From contig JAEEVI010000018.1 of the NCBI GenBank assembly GCA_016287035.1, positions 1-26,706 of the forward strand: a stretch of 26,706 bases of DNA, in the 5' to 3' direction. Shown in pieces: positions 1 to 8,635 of this stretch (position 1 is its first letter; every line of letters begins with the position of its first letter). The stretch comes from Bacillota bacterium (GTDB lineage Bacteria > Bacillota > Clostridia > Peptostreptococcales > Anaerovoracaceae). The translations under genes and the position numbers were made by a program. Under the pieces are notes generated by a model. It made no database searches, was not told the DNA's origin, and saw nothing but the letters and a program-made list of their open reading frames with translations.

Positions 1-348
1 CGCCTTCATCCGAAGGCCGTCTCGACCGTAAGGCTCGGCGGGAAGCCCGTCGGAGAAGACAGCCTTTCGGGCGTCACCGAATTCATACTGCTGTATCTCG
101 CGGTCGCCGTCCTTTCCACGTTCATAGTGACGTTCGACGGAGTGGATCTCGTGACGGCGTTCACGTCTGTCATATCATGCCTTAGCAACATCGGCCCCGG
201 ACTAGAGATGGTCGGTCCGACTATGAACTACGCGTTCTTCTCGGCACCCGTAAAGGTGCTGATGTCGATCCTCATGATCGCCGGAAGGCTCGAGCTGTTC
301 ACGATCATCCTCATGTTCACGCCGAGCTTCTGGGATCAGGACAGATAA
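1..348 (+). CDS. trkH: Trk-type K+ uptake membrane protein, C-terminal part (5' truncated by the window edge)
   Basis: Frame 1 is open from base 1 (RLHPKAVSTVRLGGKPV...). It carries the last pore-loop motif SCLSNIGPG and the C-terminal MIAGRLELF typical of TrkH. Confidence 0.9.
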   Translation, partial: RLHPKAVSTVRLGGKPVGEDSLSGVTEFILLYLAVAVLSTFIVTFDGVDLVTAFTSVISCLSNIGPGLEMVGPTMNYAFFSAPVKVLMSILMIAGRLELFTIILMFTPSFWDQDR

Positions 349-400
349 GCTGCTCAACATAATTATTGTTACGAAAATTAAGCAGAAAGGCGGATAAGAG

Positions 401-904
401 ATGCCCGATATGACAAAAGCCGCGCATTCAAAGAGAGCGCTCGCTGCCGGCGAACTGTTCGAACAGGGCTACAACTGCGCCCAGTCTGTGGCGCTCGCCT
501 TCCGCGACCTGGTGCCTCTCGACGAGGATACGCTCGCGCGTCTGGCAAGCCCGTTCGGAGCCGGCATAGGCCGCATGAACGAGGTATGCGGCGCAGTCAG
601 CGGCATGGCGATGATAATAGGCCTTACGGGCGGCTACAGCGACCCGAAGGCGCGAGAAGAAAAGGCGGCGCTCTACAGCGCCGTCCAGAAGCCCTGCAGG
701 GAGTTCGAATCCATATGCGGATCGATCGTATGCAGGGAGCTTTTGGGGTCTTCCGAAAAGCACAGAGGCGCCGTTCCGGAGGAACGGACGCCCGAGTACT
801 ACAAAAAGAGACCCTGCAGGGAACTGGTCATGACCGCGGCGGATATCCTGGAACGGTCACTGTCTGACGATCCTGCCGCCCTTCATGACGAAGCGGCAGT
901 CTGA
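401..904 (+). CDS. C_GCAxxG_C_C family putative redox-active protein
   Basis: GYNCAQSV, EVCGAVSG, GSIVCRELL and RPCREL give the family Cys pattern. Confidence 0.88.
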   Translation: MPDMTKAAHSKRALAAGELFEQGYNCAQSVALAFRDLVPLDEDTLARLASPFGAGIGRMNEVCGAVSGMAMIIGLTGGYSDPKAREEKAALYSAVQKPCREFESICGSIVCRELLGSSEKHRGAVPEERTPEYYKKRPCRELVMTAADILERSLSDDPAALHDEAAV

Positions 905-2095
905 CAGAGCGCCGGGGCTGACCAGAGGATCGGCTCCGAAGGCAGCTATGTCAGCGAGTTTTCCAGGTTCGGCGGAACCGATGCTCTTATCCATGCGCAT
1001 CAGCCTCGCCGCGTTTATCGTTAAGGCGCAGAGTATATCCGCCGGGGCGATCCCGCATTCGAAAAGCAGCTCCGCTTCTTCCGTCTGATGCCCGTGGGGG
1101 TTGAACGGCGAACCCGCGTCCGTTCCGAAGCATATCGGAACGCCGGCCCTGTAGCACATCTCCAGGCTCTTTCTGTGCGTGTCGCGCACCTCGGAAGCCT
1201 TCCGCACAGCCCACTCGGGCAGCCCCATGTCGTTTCCGTTCCTGACTATCTTTTCTACGGCTATGAGCGTCGGGACGAGCGACGCGCCCCGCTCGAGCAT
1301 AAGGTCCACCGCTTCTTCGTCCATGACCATCCCGTGATCTATGTTGTCGATGCCCGCCCTCAGCGCCGTCTTTATCGCCTCGTTTCCGTAGGCGTGAGCG
1401 GACGAATGGACGCCGTGCATCTTCGCAATGCCGCAGGCGGCCTTCATCTCCTCGAGCGTCATCTGGCAGACGCCGGTCACTCCTCCGGGGCTCATTATGC
1501 CGCCGGAAGCCATTATCTTTATGAACTGCGCGCCGTGCTTCAGATCGTACCGCGCGGCCCTCATCACCTCGTAAGGCCCGCAGCAGAGGAACTTTTCCAT
1601 CTCCGGATCCGCGAGATACGGACCGTAGCTGTCGTCCGCGTGACCGCCCGGGGCGCCGATGTACTGCCCGCACGTCATCAGGCGCGGGCCGTCGAACTCC
1701 CCTCTCGCGATCGAATCGCGCACAGCCTCGCTGATGAAATTCCTGTCGCCGCAGACGCGGAGCGAAGTGAAGCCAGCCGTGAGATCCGCCTGCGCGTTCT
1801 TAAGGCCGCGAAGCGTCCAGACCGCCGCGGTCTCCTTCGGCCTCCGCGCTCCGGGATCGGCCTGCCCGCTTATCCCCAGATGCGCGTGCGCGTCGATCAG
1901 GCCCGGCATAACGAAGAGGCCCCTCAGGTCCACGACCCTGACGCCGGCGTCCGCCGGCGCGCCCTCCGGAAGACTTCCCATGTCTCCCACGGCCTCTATC
2001 CTCTCGCCCGAGATATCGATATATCTGTCCTTCAGCGCCCTTTTGCCGACCGGGTCGAACACCCGGGAGCATAGCAGCCTTATTCTTTCATCCAT
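857..2095 (-). CDS. Metal-dependent amidohydrolase (Xaa-Pro dipeptidase / imidazolonepropionase-like subgroup)
   Basis: PGLIDAHAHL (HxH), IKIMASGG (carboxylated Lys), AHAYG, IDHG and FGTDAG metal ligands; GGAGG upstream. Confidence 0.88.
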   Translation of the reverse strand: MDERIRLLCSRVFDPVGKRALKDRYIDISGERIEAVGDMGSLPEGAPADAGVRVVDLRGLFVMPGLIDAHAHLGISGQADPGARRPKETAAVWTLRGLKNAQADLTAGFTSLRVCGDRNFISEAVRDSIARGEFDGPRLMTCGQYIGAPGGHADDSYGPYLADPEMEKFLCCGPYEVMRAARYDLKHGAQFIKIMASGGIMSPGGVTGVCQMTLEEMKAACGIAKMHGVHSSAHAYGNEAIKTALRAGIDNIDHGMVMDEEAVDLMLERGASLVPTLIAVEKIVRNGNDMGLPEWAVRKASEVRDTHRKSLEMCYRAGVPICFGTDAGSPFNPHGHQTEEAELLFECGIAPADILCALTINAARLMRMDKSIGSAEPGKLADIAAFGADPLVSPGALSDCRFVMKGGRIVRQ

Positions 2096-2181
2096 GCCGC
2101 GTCCTCCGAAAAACTAAAACTTTATCATCATGATACATCAGCTTCGGAGAATGTATCTTTTTCGATACAGAAGCGGAGCGC

Positions 2182-2225
2182 AAAAACGCAGCCCGGGCCG
2201 AAAACGGCGCCATGAGGCTGCGTTT
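2182..2225 (-). terminator. Intrinsic terminator after the CBS-ACT gene
   Basis: AAACGCAGCC (2184-2193) and GGCTGCGTTT (2216-2225) form an inverted repeat, followed by a T-run on the minus strand. Confidence 0.6.
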
Positions 2226-2254
2226 ATCGATATATGGACTTTTTCTTTGCCGAT

Positions 2255-2893
2255 CTACTTTTCGGCGCTCAGGACCGTAAAACCGGCCTCCTCGAAGGCA
2301 TTGCGGATGTCGGAGGAGTCTACGTTCTGAGAGGTCTTTATGAGCATCTCCGTGGAGCCGTCGGCGGTGTCGTATCTCGCCATATGGCTTATGTTCGCGC
2401 CCATGCCGCACACTATCGACGCGAGCTTCGCGAGAACGCCGGGCACGTCGTCGACCCTGATGACGAACCTGTGCGAGGCTGTGCGCCCTCCGAGAAGCTC
2501 TATGAGCGAATCGAACAGGTCGCTGTCCGTGACGATGCCGACGAGCTTTCCGCCGTCGAGCACCGGCAGGCAGTTTATGCCGTTTTCGCGCATGAGCACG
2601 GCAGCGTCCTCAACGAACGTGTCCGGAGAGCACGTGTACACGGTCTTCGACATCGCGTCGCGGACCCTGCTCTTGCTGAGAAGGTAGTTGAGCTCGAATA
2701 CGCTCAGCGTAGTCGCTTCGCTCGGAGAGAACCGTTCGACGTCCTTGTCGGTAACGATGCCGACGAGCTTTTCGCCGTCCATCACGGGGAGCTTTTTGAG
2801 CTTGCGGTCCCTCATCAGCGCGACGAGCGACGTTATGGACGCGTCCTGCTGGATCGTCACGGGATCCGGCGTCATTCTGTCTCTGACAAACAT
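2255..2893 (-). CDS. Tandem CBS domain plus C-terminal ACT domain protein (AcuB-like)
   Basis: Two LPVM/LD-G-KLVGIVT CBS repeats and the ACT signature DDVPGVLAKLASIVCGMGANI. Confidence 0.85.
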   Translation of the reverse strand: MFVRDRMTPDPVTIQQDASITSLVALMRDRKLKKLPVMDGEKLVGIVTDKDVERFSPSEATTLSVFELNYLLSKSRVRDAMSKTVYTCSPDTFVEDAAVLMRENGINCLPVLDGGKLVGIVTDSDLFDSLIELLGGRTASHRFVIRVDDVPGVLAKLASIVCGMGANISHMARYDTADGSTEMLIKTSQNVDSSDIRNAFEEAGFTVLSAEK

Positions 2894-2918
2894 ACTCTGT
2901 CCTTTCGCAATATAAAGC

Positions 2919-3446
2919 TTACTCTACGCAGGTGACCTTTATCCTGTCCGCGGGGATCTCTCTGGGCTCGTACTTTTCGGTCGTCTTTCCGAGGACGAGT
3001 CCGCAGCACGGAGTCTGATCCGCGGGGATGCCGAGCTTTTCGACGAGCTGCGGCATCTGGCGCAGAGCGATCATCGCGCCCCAGATGTGGCAGGCTCCGA
3101 CTCCGAGCTCGACGGCTTCGAGAGCCATGTTCTCCACGACGCACGCCGCGTTGGAATAGTAGGTGTTGATGCGGGGCCCGTCGCAGAGGGCGGAAGAAAC
3201 GATTATGATCATCGGAGCGCCGTAGAGCGGATGCTTGTTGGGATCTCCGAAGAATTCGCCGGCGCCCTTGTCGAACGCTTCCATGAACTCTTTGCTCTTT
3301 ACGACGGTGATCGTAAGGGTGTCGTATTCCTTCCTGCCGATCGGAGCGGACTGCGCCGCCTTGAGAATGAGAGCCAGTTCCTCGTCGGTTATGGGCTCTC
3401 CGGTGAAAGATCTGATGGATCTTCTTTTGCACATAGTTTCAAGCAT
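2919..3446 (-). CDS. Nitroreductase family flavoprotein
   Basis: KRRSIRSF FMN-phosphate motif, AAQSAP and LEAVELGVGACHIWG; AGGAGG RBS. Confidence 0.9.
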   Translation of the reverse strand: MLETMCKRRSIRSFTGEPITDEELALILKAAQSAPIGRKEYDTLTITVVKSKEFMEAFDKGAGEFFGDPNKHPLYGAPMIIIVSSALCDGPRINTYYSNAACVVENMALEAVELGVGACHIWGAMIALRQMPQLVEKLGIPADQTPCCGLVLGKTTEKYEPREIPADRIKVTCVE

Positions 3447-3502
3447 GTTATCATCCTCCTGTTTTATATGTCCGCGGATAATCCGCTTTGCTGTCTGTAA
3501 TT

Positions 3503-3532
3503 ATTATACTACCCCTGCGGACGCGTCCGCAA
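3503..3532 (-). promoter_or_regulatory. Sigma70-type promoter for the nitroreductase/CBS genes, overlapped by a 16-bp palindrome
   Basis: Minus strand TTGCGG-N18-TATAAT. The perfect palindrome TGCGGACGCGTCCGCA (3516-3531) covers the -35 and spacer. Confidence 0.5.
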
Positions 3533-3563
3533 GGGCAGCCGGTATCATCGCTATCCTTCGCTC

Positions 3564-4370
3564 TCAGCGCGCGCCGTATACCTTTTCGGCGTTGCCGGAG
3601 AGCATCTTTCTCGTATCGTCTTCGCTGTAGCCCATCCACAGCAGGGAGCGCATCTCCTGACGGAAATCGTGCATCGGAAAGTCCGTTCCGAACATCACCC
3701 TGTCGGGCCCGTAGAAGTCGATCATCTTCTTACCGCCGTAAACGCCGATAAAGAAGAGGCTCGAAGACGTGTCGACATAAAAGTTCTCGAGGCCCGCGAG
3801 CTTTTCGCGCGCTTCCTCCCAGACCGTATATCCTCCGAAATGCGCGCCGATAAACGTCGTCTTCGGGAAAGCGGTCACTACCGACCTGAGCCTGTCGGGA
3901 TTCGAGTTGTCGTAACGGCTGTCGCCGGTGTGCAGCAGCACGGGTATGCCCGCACTGCCGCAGAGATCGTAGATCTCCATCATACCGTCGTCGTCGACCT
4001 TATAACCCTGTATCTCGGGATGCATCTTTATTCCGTGGAGCCCGAGCTCGCAGAGCTCCCTGACGCACGCGGCCTGGTCCTCGCTGCGCGGGTGGAGGGA
4101 TCCGATGCCCGTGAATATATCCGGGCGCGACGCGGCCTGCTCCGCTATGAATCTGTTTATGCTCGACACCTGAGCCGGCGTCGTGGCGACCGAACTTATT
4201 ACGAAGCCGTCTACCCCCGCTGCCGTCCCGTTCTCCGCGAGGCTGGCGGCCGTCGCCGGATACAGCGACTTGAACGCGTAGAACCTGTCGGTCGCCGCGG
4301 CCGCTTTTTCCGCGATCTTCTCGGGGAAGATATGGCAGTGTGTGTCTATGACCTTGAAGCCTTCGAACAT
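3564..4370 (-). CDS. Amidohydrolase_2 family TIM-barrel metal-dependent hydrolase
   Basis: IDTHCHIF, IKMHP, LLHTG, GAHFG and MFGTDFP motifs. Confidence 0.87.
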   Translation of the reverse strand: MFEGFKVIDTHCHIFPEKIAEKAAAATDRFYAFKSLYPATAASLAENGTAAGVDGFVISSVATTPAQVSSINRFIAEQAASRPDIFTGIGSLHPRSEDQAACVRELCELGLHGIKMHPEIQGYKVDDDGMMEIYDLCGSAGIPVLLHTGDSRYDNSNPDRLRSVVTAFPKTTFIGAHFGGYTVWEEAREKLAGLENFYVDTSSSLFFIGVYGGKKMIDFYGPDRVMFGTDFPMHDFRQEMRSLLWMGYSEDDTRKMLSGNAEKVYGAR

Positions 4371-4375
4371 CGCGT

Positions 4376-5575
4376 CTATTTCCCGTACATCTCGGCGAGC
4401 TTCCTGAACGCGGGCAGAGACCTCCTGACCATGTCCGTGTCGACGCAGTAGGCGATCCTGACGTACCCTCCCATTCCGAACGTGTCGCTGGGAACTATGA
4501 GAAGATCGAGGCTCTTCGCCTTCTCGCAGAAAGCGTACGCGTCGGGCTCCATCGCCTTTATGAACAGGTAGAACGCTCCGTCCGGATGTACGACTTCGTA
4601 TCCGTACTCCACGAGGGCGTTATACAGTATATCCCTGTTAGTCTTGTAGACGGAGATGTCCGCTGTCTGTCCGAGGCACATCGGCACGGCTCTCTGGAAA
4701 ATGGCGGGAGCGCAGATGTAGCCCATCGATCTTCCGGCGCCGCACACGCTGAAGTAGACCTCGTCGTGATAAGGGCTCTTCGGAGAGACCATGATGTATC
4801 CGAAACGCTCGCCCGGCATGGACAGCGCCTTGCTGAACGAGTAGTTGATAATGCTGTTGTCGTAGTACTTCGGCACGAACGGAACCGTTATATCGTCGTC
4901 GTAGACGAGCTCTCTGTAGGGTTCGTCCGCGATCAGGAATATCGCGCTGCCGTACTTCTTCTGGGCGTCGTCGAGGAGCTTGGCGAGCTTTATGATGTCC
5001 TTCTCCGGGATGACCGCGCCTGTCGGGTTGTTGGGCGAATTGATTATGACGGCCTTAGTGTGTTCGTTGACCGCGCTTTCGAGCGCGTCGAAATCGATCT
5101 GGAAATCGGTCCTGCGGCACGGCACCTCGACGAGCTTCATACCGGCATCCTCTACGAAGACCTTATATTCTGTAAAATACGGAACGAAAACGATGGCCTC
5201 GTCGCCGGGCATCGAGATCGCGTTGAGCGTTATGGCGAGCGCGGAAGCGGCTCCGCAGGTGAGATAGAGATCTCCGCCGCTGCAGTTGAAGCCGTGGGTC
5301 TTGTTAAGGTAATCCGCGATAGTCTGACGGCTGGCCTGATCGCCCTGAGAGGACGTATAGCCGTGGAGCTGTATCGAAGAATATTTGCCGAGCACCTCGC
5401 GTATCGAATCGTTGAGCGCGGCGGGAGCGGGAGAGCTCGGATTGCCGAGGCTGTAGTCGTAGACCTTGTCGTCGCCGACCTCGAGCTTTCTCTTCTTGCC
5501 GTATTCGAAAAGCTCCCTCATCTCGTTGGGCTGAGTTCCGAGCTTGTAAAACCTTTCAGGAACGATCTTGTTCAT
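4376..5575 (-). CDS. PLP-dependent aminotransferase class I/II (aspartate aminotransferase-like)
   Basis: SLGNP, INSPNNPTG, ADEPY and SFSKALSMPGERFGY (PLP lysine). Confidence 0.92.
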   Translation of the reverse strand: MNKIVPERFYKLGTQPNEMRELFEYGKKRKLEVGDDKVYDYSLGNPSSPAPAALNDSIREVLGKYSSIQLHGYTSSQGDQASRQTIADYLNKTHGFNCSGGDLYLTCGAASALAITLNAISMPGDEAIVFVPYFTEYKVFVEDAGMKLVEVPCRRTDFQIDFDALESAVNEHTKAVIINSPNNPTGAVIPEKDIIKLAKLLDDAQKKYGSAIFLIADEPYRELVYDDDITVPFVPKYYDNSIINYSFSKALSMPGERFGYIMVSPKSPYHDEVYFSVCGAGRSMGYICAPAIFQRAVPMCLGQTADISVYKTNRDILYNALVEYGYEVVHPDGAFYLFIKAMEPDAYAFCEKAKSLDLLIVPSDTFGMGGYVRIAYCVDTDMVRRSLPAFRKLAEMYGK

Positions 5576-5626
5576 CTTTATGCCTTTCTATAAAAACCGA
5601 TGTGTTAGTTGTGCAGTAAATAAGTT

Positions 5627-5655
5627 ATTTTATAACGCCTGTACGAAAATATCAA
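5627..5655 (-). promoter_or_regulatory. Internal sigma70-type promoter for the class I aminotransferase and amidohydrolase_2 genes
   Basis: Minus strand TTGATA-N17-TAAAAT. Confidence 0.55.
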
Positions 5656-5699
5656 GGCGCGCCCGCTGTGAGGCGCGCCGGTACGGACTTGCGGCGTGT

Positions 5700-6539
5700 C
5701 TATTCAGTACATCTGTAATACTCTTCGACCATATGGCTGCGTATCGCCTCGAAGCGCTCCGGATCCCTGCCTCCGGCAGGCTTTCCGTCGACCTCCAGAG
5801 CCCTCAGGCAGGGCTTGCTTGAGCTGGAGATCAGTATCTCGTCGGCCTCGAAGAGATCCGGCAGATAGAAAGGCTCCTCGACGACAGGTATGCCGAGCGC
5901 CCCGCACGCGCTTATCATGTGATTGCGGGAGATCCCCTGAAGTATGAGATTGTCCGCGGGAGCCGTGTAAAACACGCCGTCCTTCAGGATGCTCGCGTTG
6001 CTGTGGGCGCATTCCGTGACGCGGCCGCCCGGTCGGAAGAAGACGACCTCCTGGCAGCCGGCGGCGCTGGCCTTCTGCGAGGCCATTACGGCCGGTATCA
6101 GATTGAGCGTCTTTATGTTGCAGTGAAGGAACCTCGTATCCTCGAGCGTGATCAGCTTTATGGGCTCTTTCCCTTCGTCGAGCTTCGACGGGCGCATCAT
6201 CACCCAGAGGTTTCCGGGTGCCCTGCTGTACGTGTGATCTCTGGGCGCGGTACCTCTCGTCACCTGAAAATATATGAACAGGTCGCCCGTATCGAGCTTT
6301 ACGACGAGCTCGTTCAGGAGCTTCGCGAGCTCGGCCTTCGTCACCGGGATCTGGATATCCAGAGCGTCAGCGCTCCTGAAGAACCTGTCGATATGTTCGT
6401 CGAGCGCGAATATGTGATAGTTGTGGCACGGTCCCGCGTCGTAGACCCCGTCGCCGAACCAGCAGACGCGGTCGTTCATGGGGATCGTCATATTCTCTAG
6501 GAGATCGAACTTTCCGTTGTAATAACCGAGGGCGCGCAT
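5700..6539 (-). CDS. dat: Aminotransferase class IV, D-amino-acid transaminase-like
   Basis: FGDGVY, QVTRG-APRDH (Arg-x-His carboxylate trap of DAAT), catalytic Lys in NIKTLNL, and ILQGISR. Confidence 0.75.
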   Translation of the reverse strand: MRALGYYNGKFDLLENMTIPMNDRVCWFGDGVYDAGPCHNYHIFALDEHIDRFFRSADALDIQIPVTKAELAKLLNELVVKLDTGDLFIYFQVTRGTAPRDHTYSRAPGNLWVMMRPSKLDEGKEPIKLITLEDTRFLHCNIKTLNLIPAVMASQKASAAGCQEVVFFRPGGRVTECAHSNASILKDGVFYTAPADNLILQGISRNHMISACGALGIPVVEEPFYLPDLFEADEILISSSSKPCLRALEVDGKPAGGRDPERFEAIRSHMVEEYYRCTE

Positions 6540-6540
6540 A

Positions 6541-7869
6541 CTATGCTTTTTCCTTTTTCCTTTCGGGGATCACGAATATGAATACGAGCGAGCTTATGAG
6601 CAGCAGATACGGGTAGAACAGCAGCGGTATGATCCTGAACGCCGAGAGACCGCAGCCGAGCGAGGCCGCCGCCGACAGAGCTACTAGCATCTGCGCGCCG
6701 TAGGGCAGGATGCCCTGCGAGATGCAGGAGAACGTGTCGAGGATCGAAGCCGTCTTCTTCGGCGTTATGCCGTAATTCTTCGCCATGTCGGAGGCGATCG
6801 GGTTAGCCATCACGATCGCTACCGTGTTGTTGGCGGTCGCTATGTCGAGGAGGACGACGAGGATCCCCATTCCGAGGAGCCCGCCCTTTCTGCCCTTGAA
6901 CACGTTGTATATAGCCGCCAGGAGCGCTTCGAAGCCGCCGGCTTCGCGGATCAGAGCGCAGATCGCGGAGACGAGGATCGCGACCATCGCGGTCTCGAAC
7001 ATCCCCGCGGCGCCCGCGCCCATTCCTCCGAGGAGCGCAGTGGCGGTAGCGGCGCCGGTGCAGAGCATGATCAGGAATCCGCTGACTATGCCCAGCAGCA
7101 GCACGACGAACACGTTTATACCGATGATACCGCCCGCGAGGACGATGACGTACGGGATTATCTGGATGAGGTCGTATCCGGGAACATCGAAGCCCTCAGT
7201 GAAGCTGCTCATGGAAACGACCAGGATGACGATCACCGATATTATCGCAGCAGGAAGAGCTATCGCGAAATTTTCGCGGAACTTGTCCCTCATTTCGCAT
7301 CCCTGCCCCTGGCAGGCGGCGATCGTCGTGTCGGAGATGAACGAAAGGTTGTCGCCGAACATCGCGCCGCCTATCACGGACGCGACGCACAGCGCCGGCG
7401 AAAAGCCCGAGGCCATCGACATCTCGACGGCTATCGGCGTTATGAGCGTTATCGTTCCGACGGAAGTGCCCATCGCTACGGATACGAGGCACGCGACTAT
7501 GAAGAGCACCGCGACAGCGTATCTCGCTGGGATCATGGAGAGCATGAAGTAAGCCACGCTCTGCGCGCTGCCCCTTCCTACGATGCCGACGAATATGCCG
7601 GCTTCAAGGAAGATCAGGAGCATTATGAATATGTTCCTGTCGCCCACTCCGCGCGCGGCAACGTCTATCTTCTTATCGAAGGAGAGCTCCCTGTTCTGCA
7701 GGAACGCCACGAGCAGAGCCACGAGGAATACGACGACGATGGGGATATTGTAGAAGCCCATGTCAATCTTCAGAACGTATTCCATGATTATTCCGAGGCC
7801 GAGATACAGTACTACGAATACTGCTATCGGCAGCAGCGCTGCGGCGCTGCCCCTTTTTACCTTTTCCAT
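6541..7869 (-). CDS. NhaC-family Na+/H+ antiporter-like transporter (putative amino-acid permease)
   Basis: About 11-12 hydrophobic helices with MGTSVGT and GAMFGDNLSFISDTT motifs. Its stop lies 1 nt from the dat start. Confidence 0.85.
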   Translation of the reverse strand: MEKVKRGSAAALLPIAVFVVLYLGLGIIMEYVLKIDMGFYNIPIVVVFLVALLVAFLQNRELSFDKKIDVAARGVGDRNIFIMLLIFLEAGIFVGIVGRGSAQSVAYFMLSMIPARYAVAVLFIVACLVSVAMGTSVGTITLITPIAVEMSMASGFSPALCVASVIGGAMFGDNLSFISDTTIAACQGQGCEMRDKFRENFAIALPAAIISVIVILVVSMSSFTEGFDVPGYDLIQIIPYVIVLAGGIIGINVFVVLLLGIVSGFLIMLCTGAATATALLGGMGAGAAGMFETAMVAILVSAICALIREAGGFEALLAAIYNVFKGRKGGLLGMGILVVLLDIATANNTVAIVMANPIASDMAKNYGITPKKTASILDTFSCISQGILPYGAQMLVALSAAASLGCGLSAFRIIPLLFYPYLLLISSLVFIFVIPERKKEKA

Positions 7870-7909
7870 CTTGTTCCTCCTTCACGCGCCGCGGCAGGCG
7901 CGCCGTATC

Positions 7910-8527
7910 TTATTCGTATACAGGTTCGAAATCGCTCGCGTCGTGGCCGCAGATCGGGCACAGAAAATCCGCCGGGAGCTGGCTTCCCTCGTATACGTAA
8001 TTACAGATCCTGCAGCGCCACGCCTTTATGGCGCGGGTCTCCTGCTTCTTCTCCGGCTTCGGCTTTATGTTCGACTGGTAGTAAGCGTACGTGAGAGGCG
8101 CGTCGTCCGAAAGTGACTTCGCGTCGGTGACCTCCGCGACGAACAGCGTATGGCTGCCGAGATCGATGCTCTGCAGCACCTTACAGCTGAGCACCGCGCA
8201 CGCGGACCAGCCCATGTACGGGACTCCCGCCGCGTCCTCGGGCAGGGAGATGTCCGCGAGCTTGTCGACGCTTCTGCCGGACTGCATGCCGAAGTGCTTT
8301 ATCGTCTCGAAGCTGACGTTCTCGCTGAGAACGCTGAGCGTGAACAGCCCGCTCTCCTTTATAAGATCGCAGCTGTAATTCGCGTTTATGACCGACACCG
8401 CGACTCTGACGGGATCGTTCGCCGTCTGAAAGCAGGTGTTAGTTATGCATCCGTTCTTTTTGTCTCCGCTCCTCGTGCCGAGCATGAAAACTCCGTAGCT
8501 GAGCGAATATAAGGCTTTTTTGTCCAT
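7910..8527 (-). CDS. Flavin reductase domain fused to a C-terminal rubredoxin-like domain (Hrb-like)
   Basis: LYSLSYGVF, NGCITNT and DLGSHTLFVAEV, with C-terminal CRIC...CPIC. Start reset to ATG 8527, which has a GGAGG RBS. Confidence 0.85.
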   Translation of the reverse strand: MDKKALYSLSYGVFMLGTRSGDKKNGCITNTCFQTANDPVRVAVSVINANYSCDLIKESGLFTLSVLSENVSFETIKHFGMQSGRSVDKLADISLPEDAAGVPYMGWSACAVLSCKVLQSIDLGSHTLFVAEVTDAKSLSDDAPLTYAYYQSNIKPKPEKKQETRAIKAWRCRICNYVYEGSQLPADFLCPICGHDASDFEPVYE

Positions 8528-8549
8528 GATCCAAGACCTCCTTCCCGCT

Positions 8550-8578
8550 ATGATAGCATAAAAAAAGAGCCGTGTGAA
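8550..8578 (-). promoter_or_regulatory. Extended -10 promoter for the flavin reductase-rubredoxin gene, embedded in the terminator
   Basis: Minus strand TTCACA-N17-TATCAT with TG at the extended -10 position. Confidence 0.45.
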
Positions 8579-8592
8579 CACGTCACACGGCT
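8560..8592 (-). terminator. Intrinsic terminator after the lyase gene
   Basis: Perfect 10-bp stem AGCCGTGTGA/TCACACGGCT with a 5-nt loop, then C and seven T on the minus strand. Confidence 0.75.
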
Positions 8593-8635
8593 TTGCGGGA
8601 CCGAACGTCCGAAGGACCGATCCGGATCCGGGAGC

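Noticed and set aside
401-904. Selenocysteine read-through in the redox protein or other TGA-terminated genes
   Set aside because: All motif cysteines are ordinary Cys codons and the TGA stops fall at normal C-termini.
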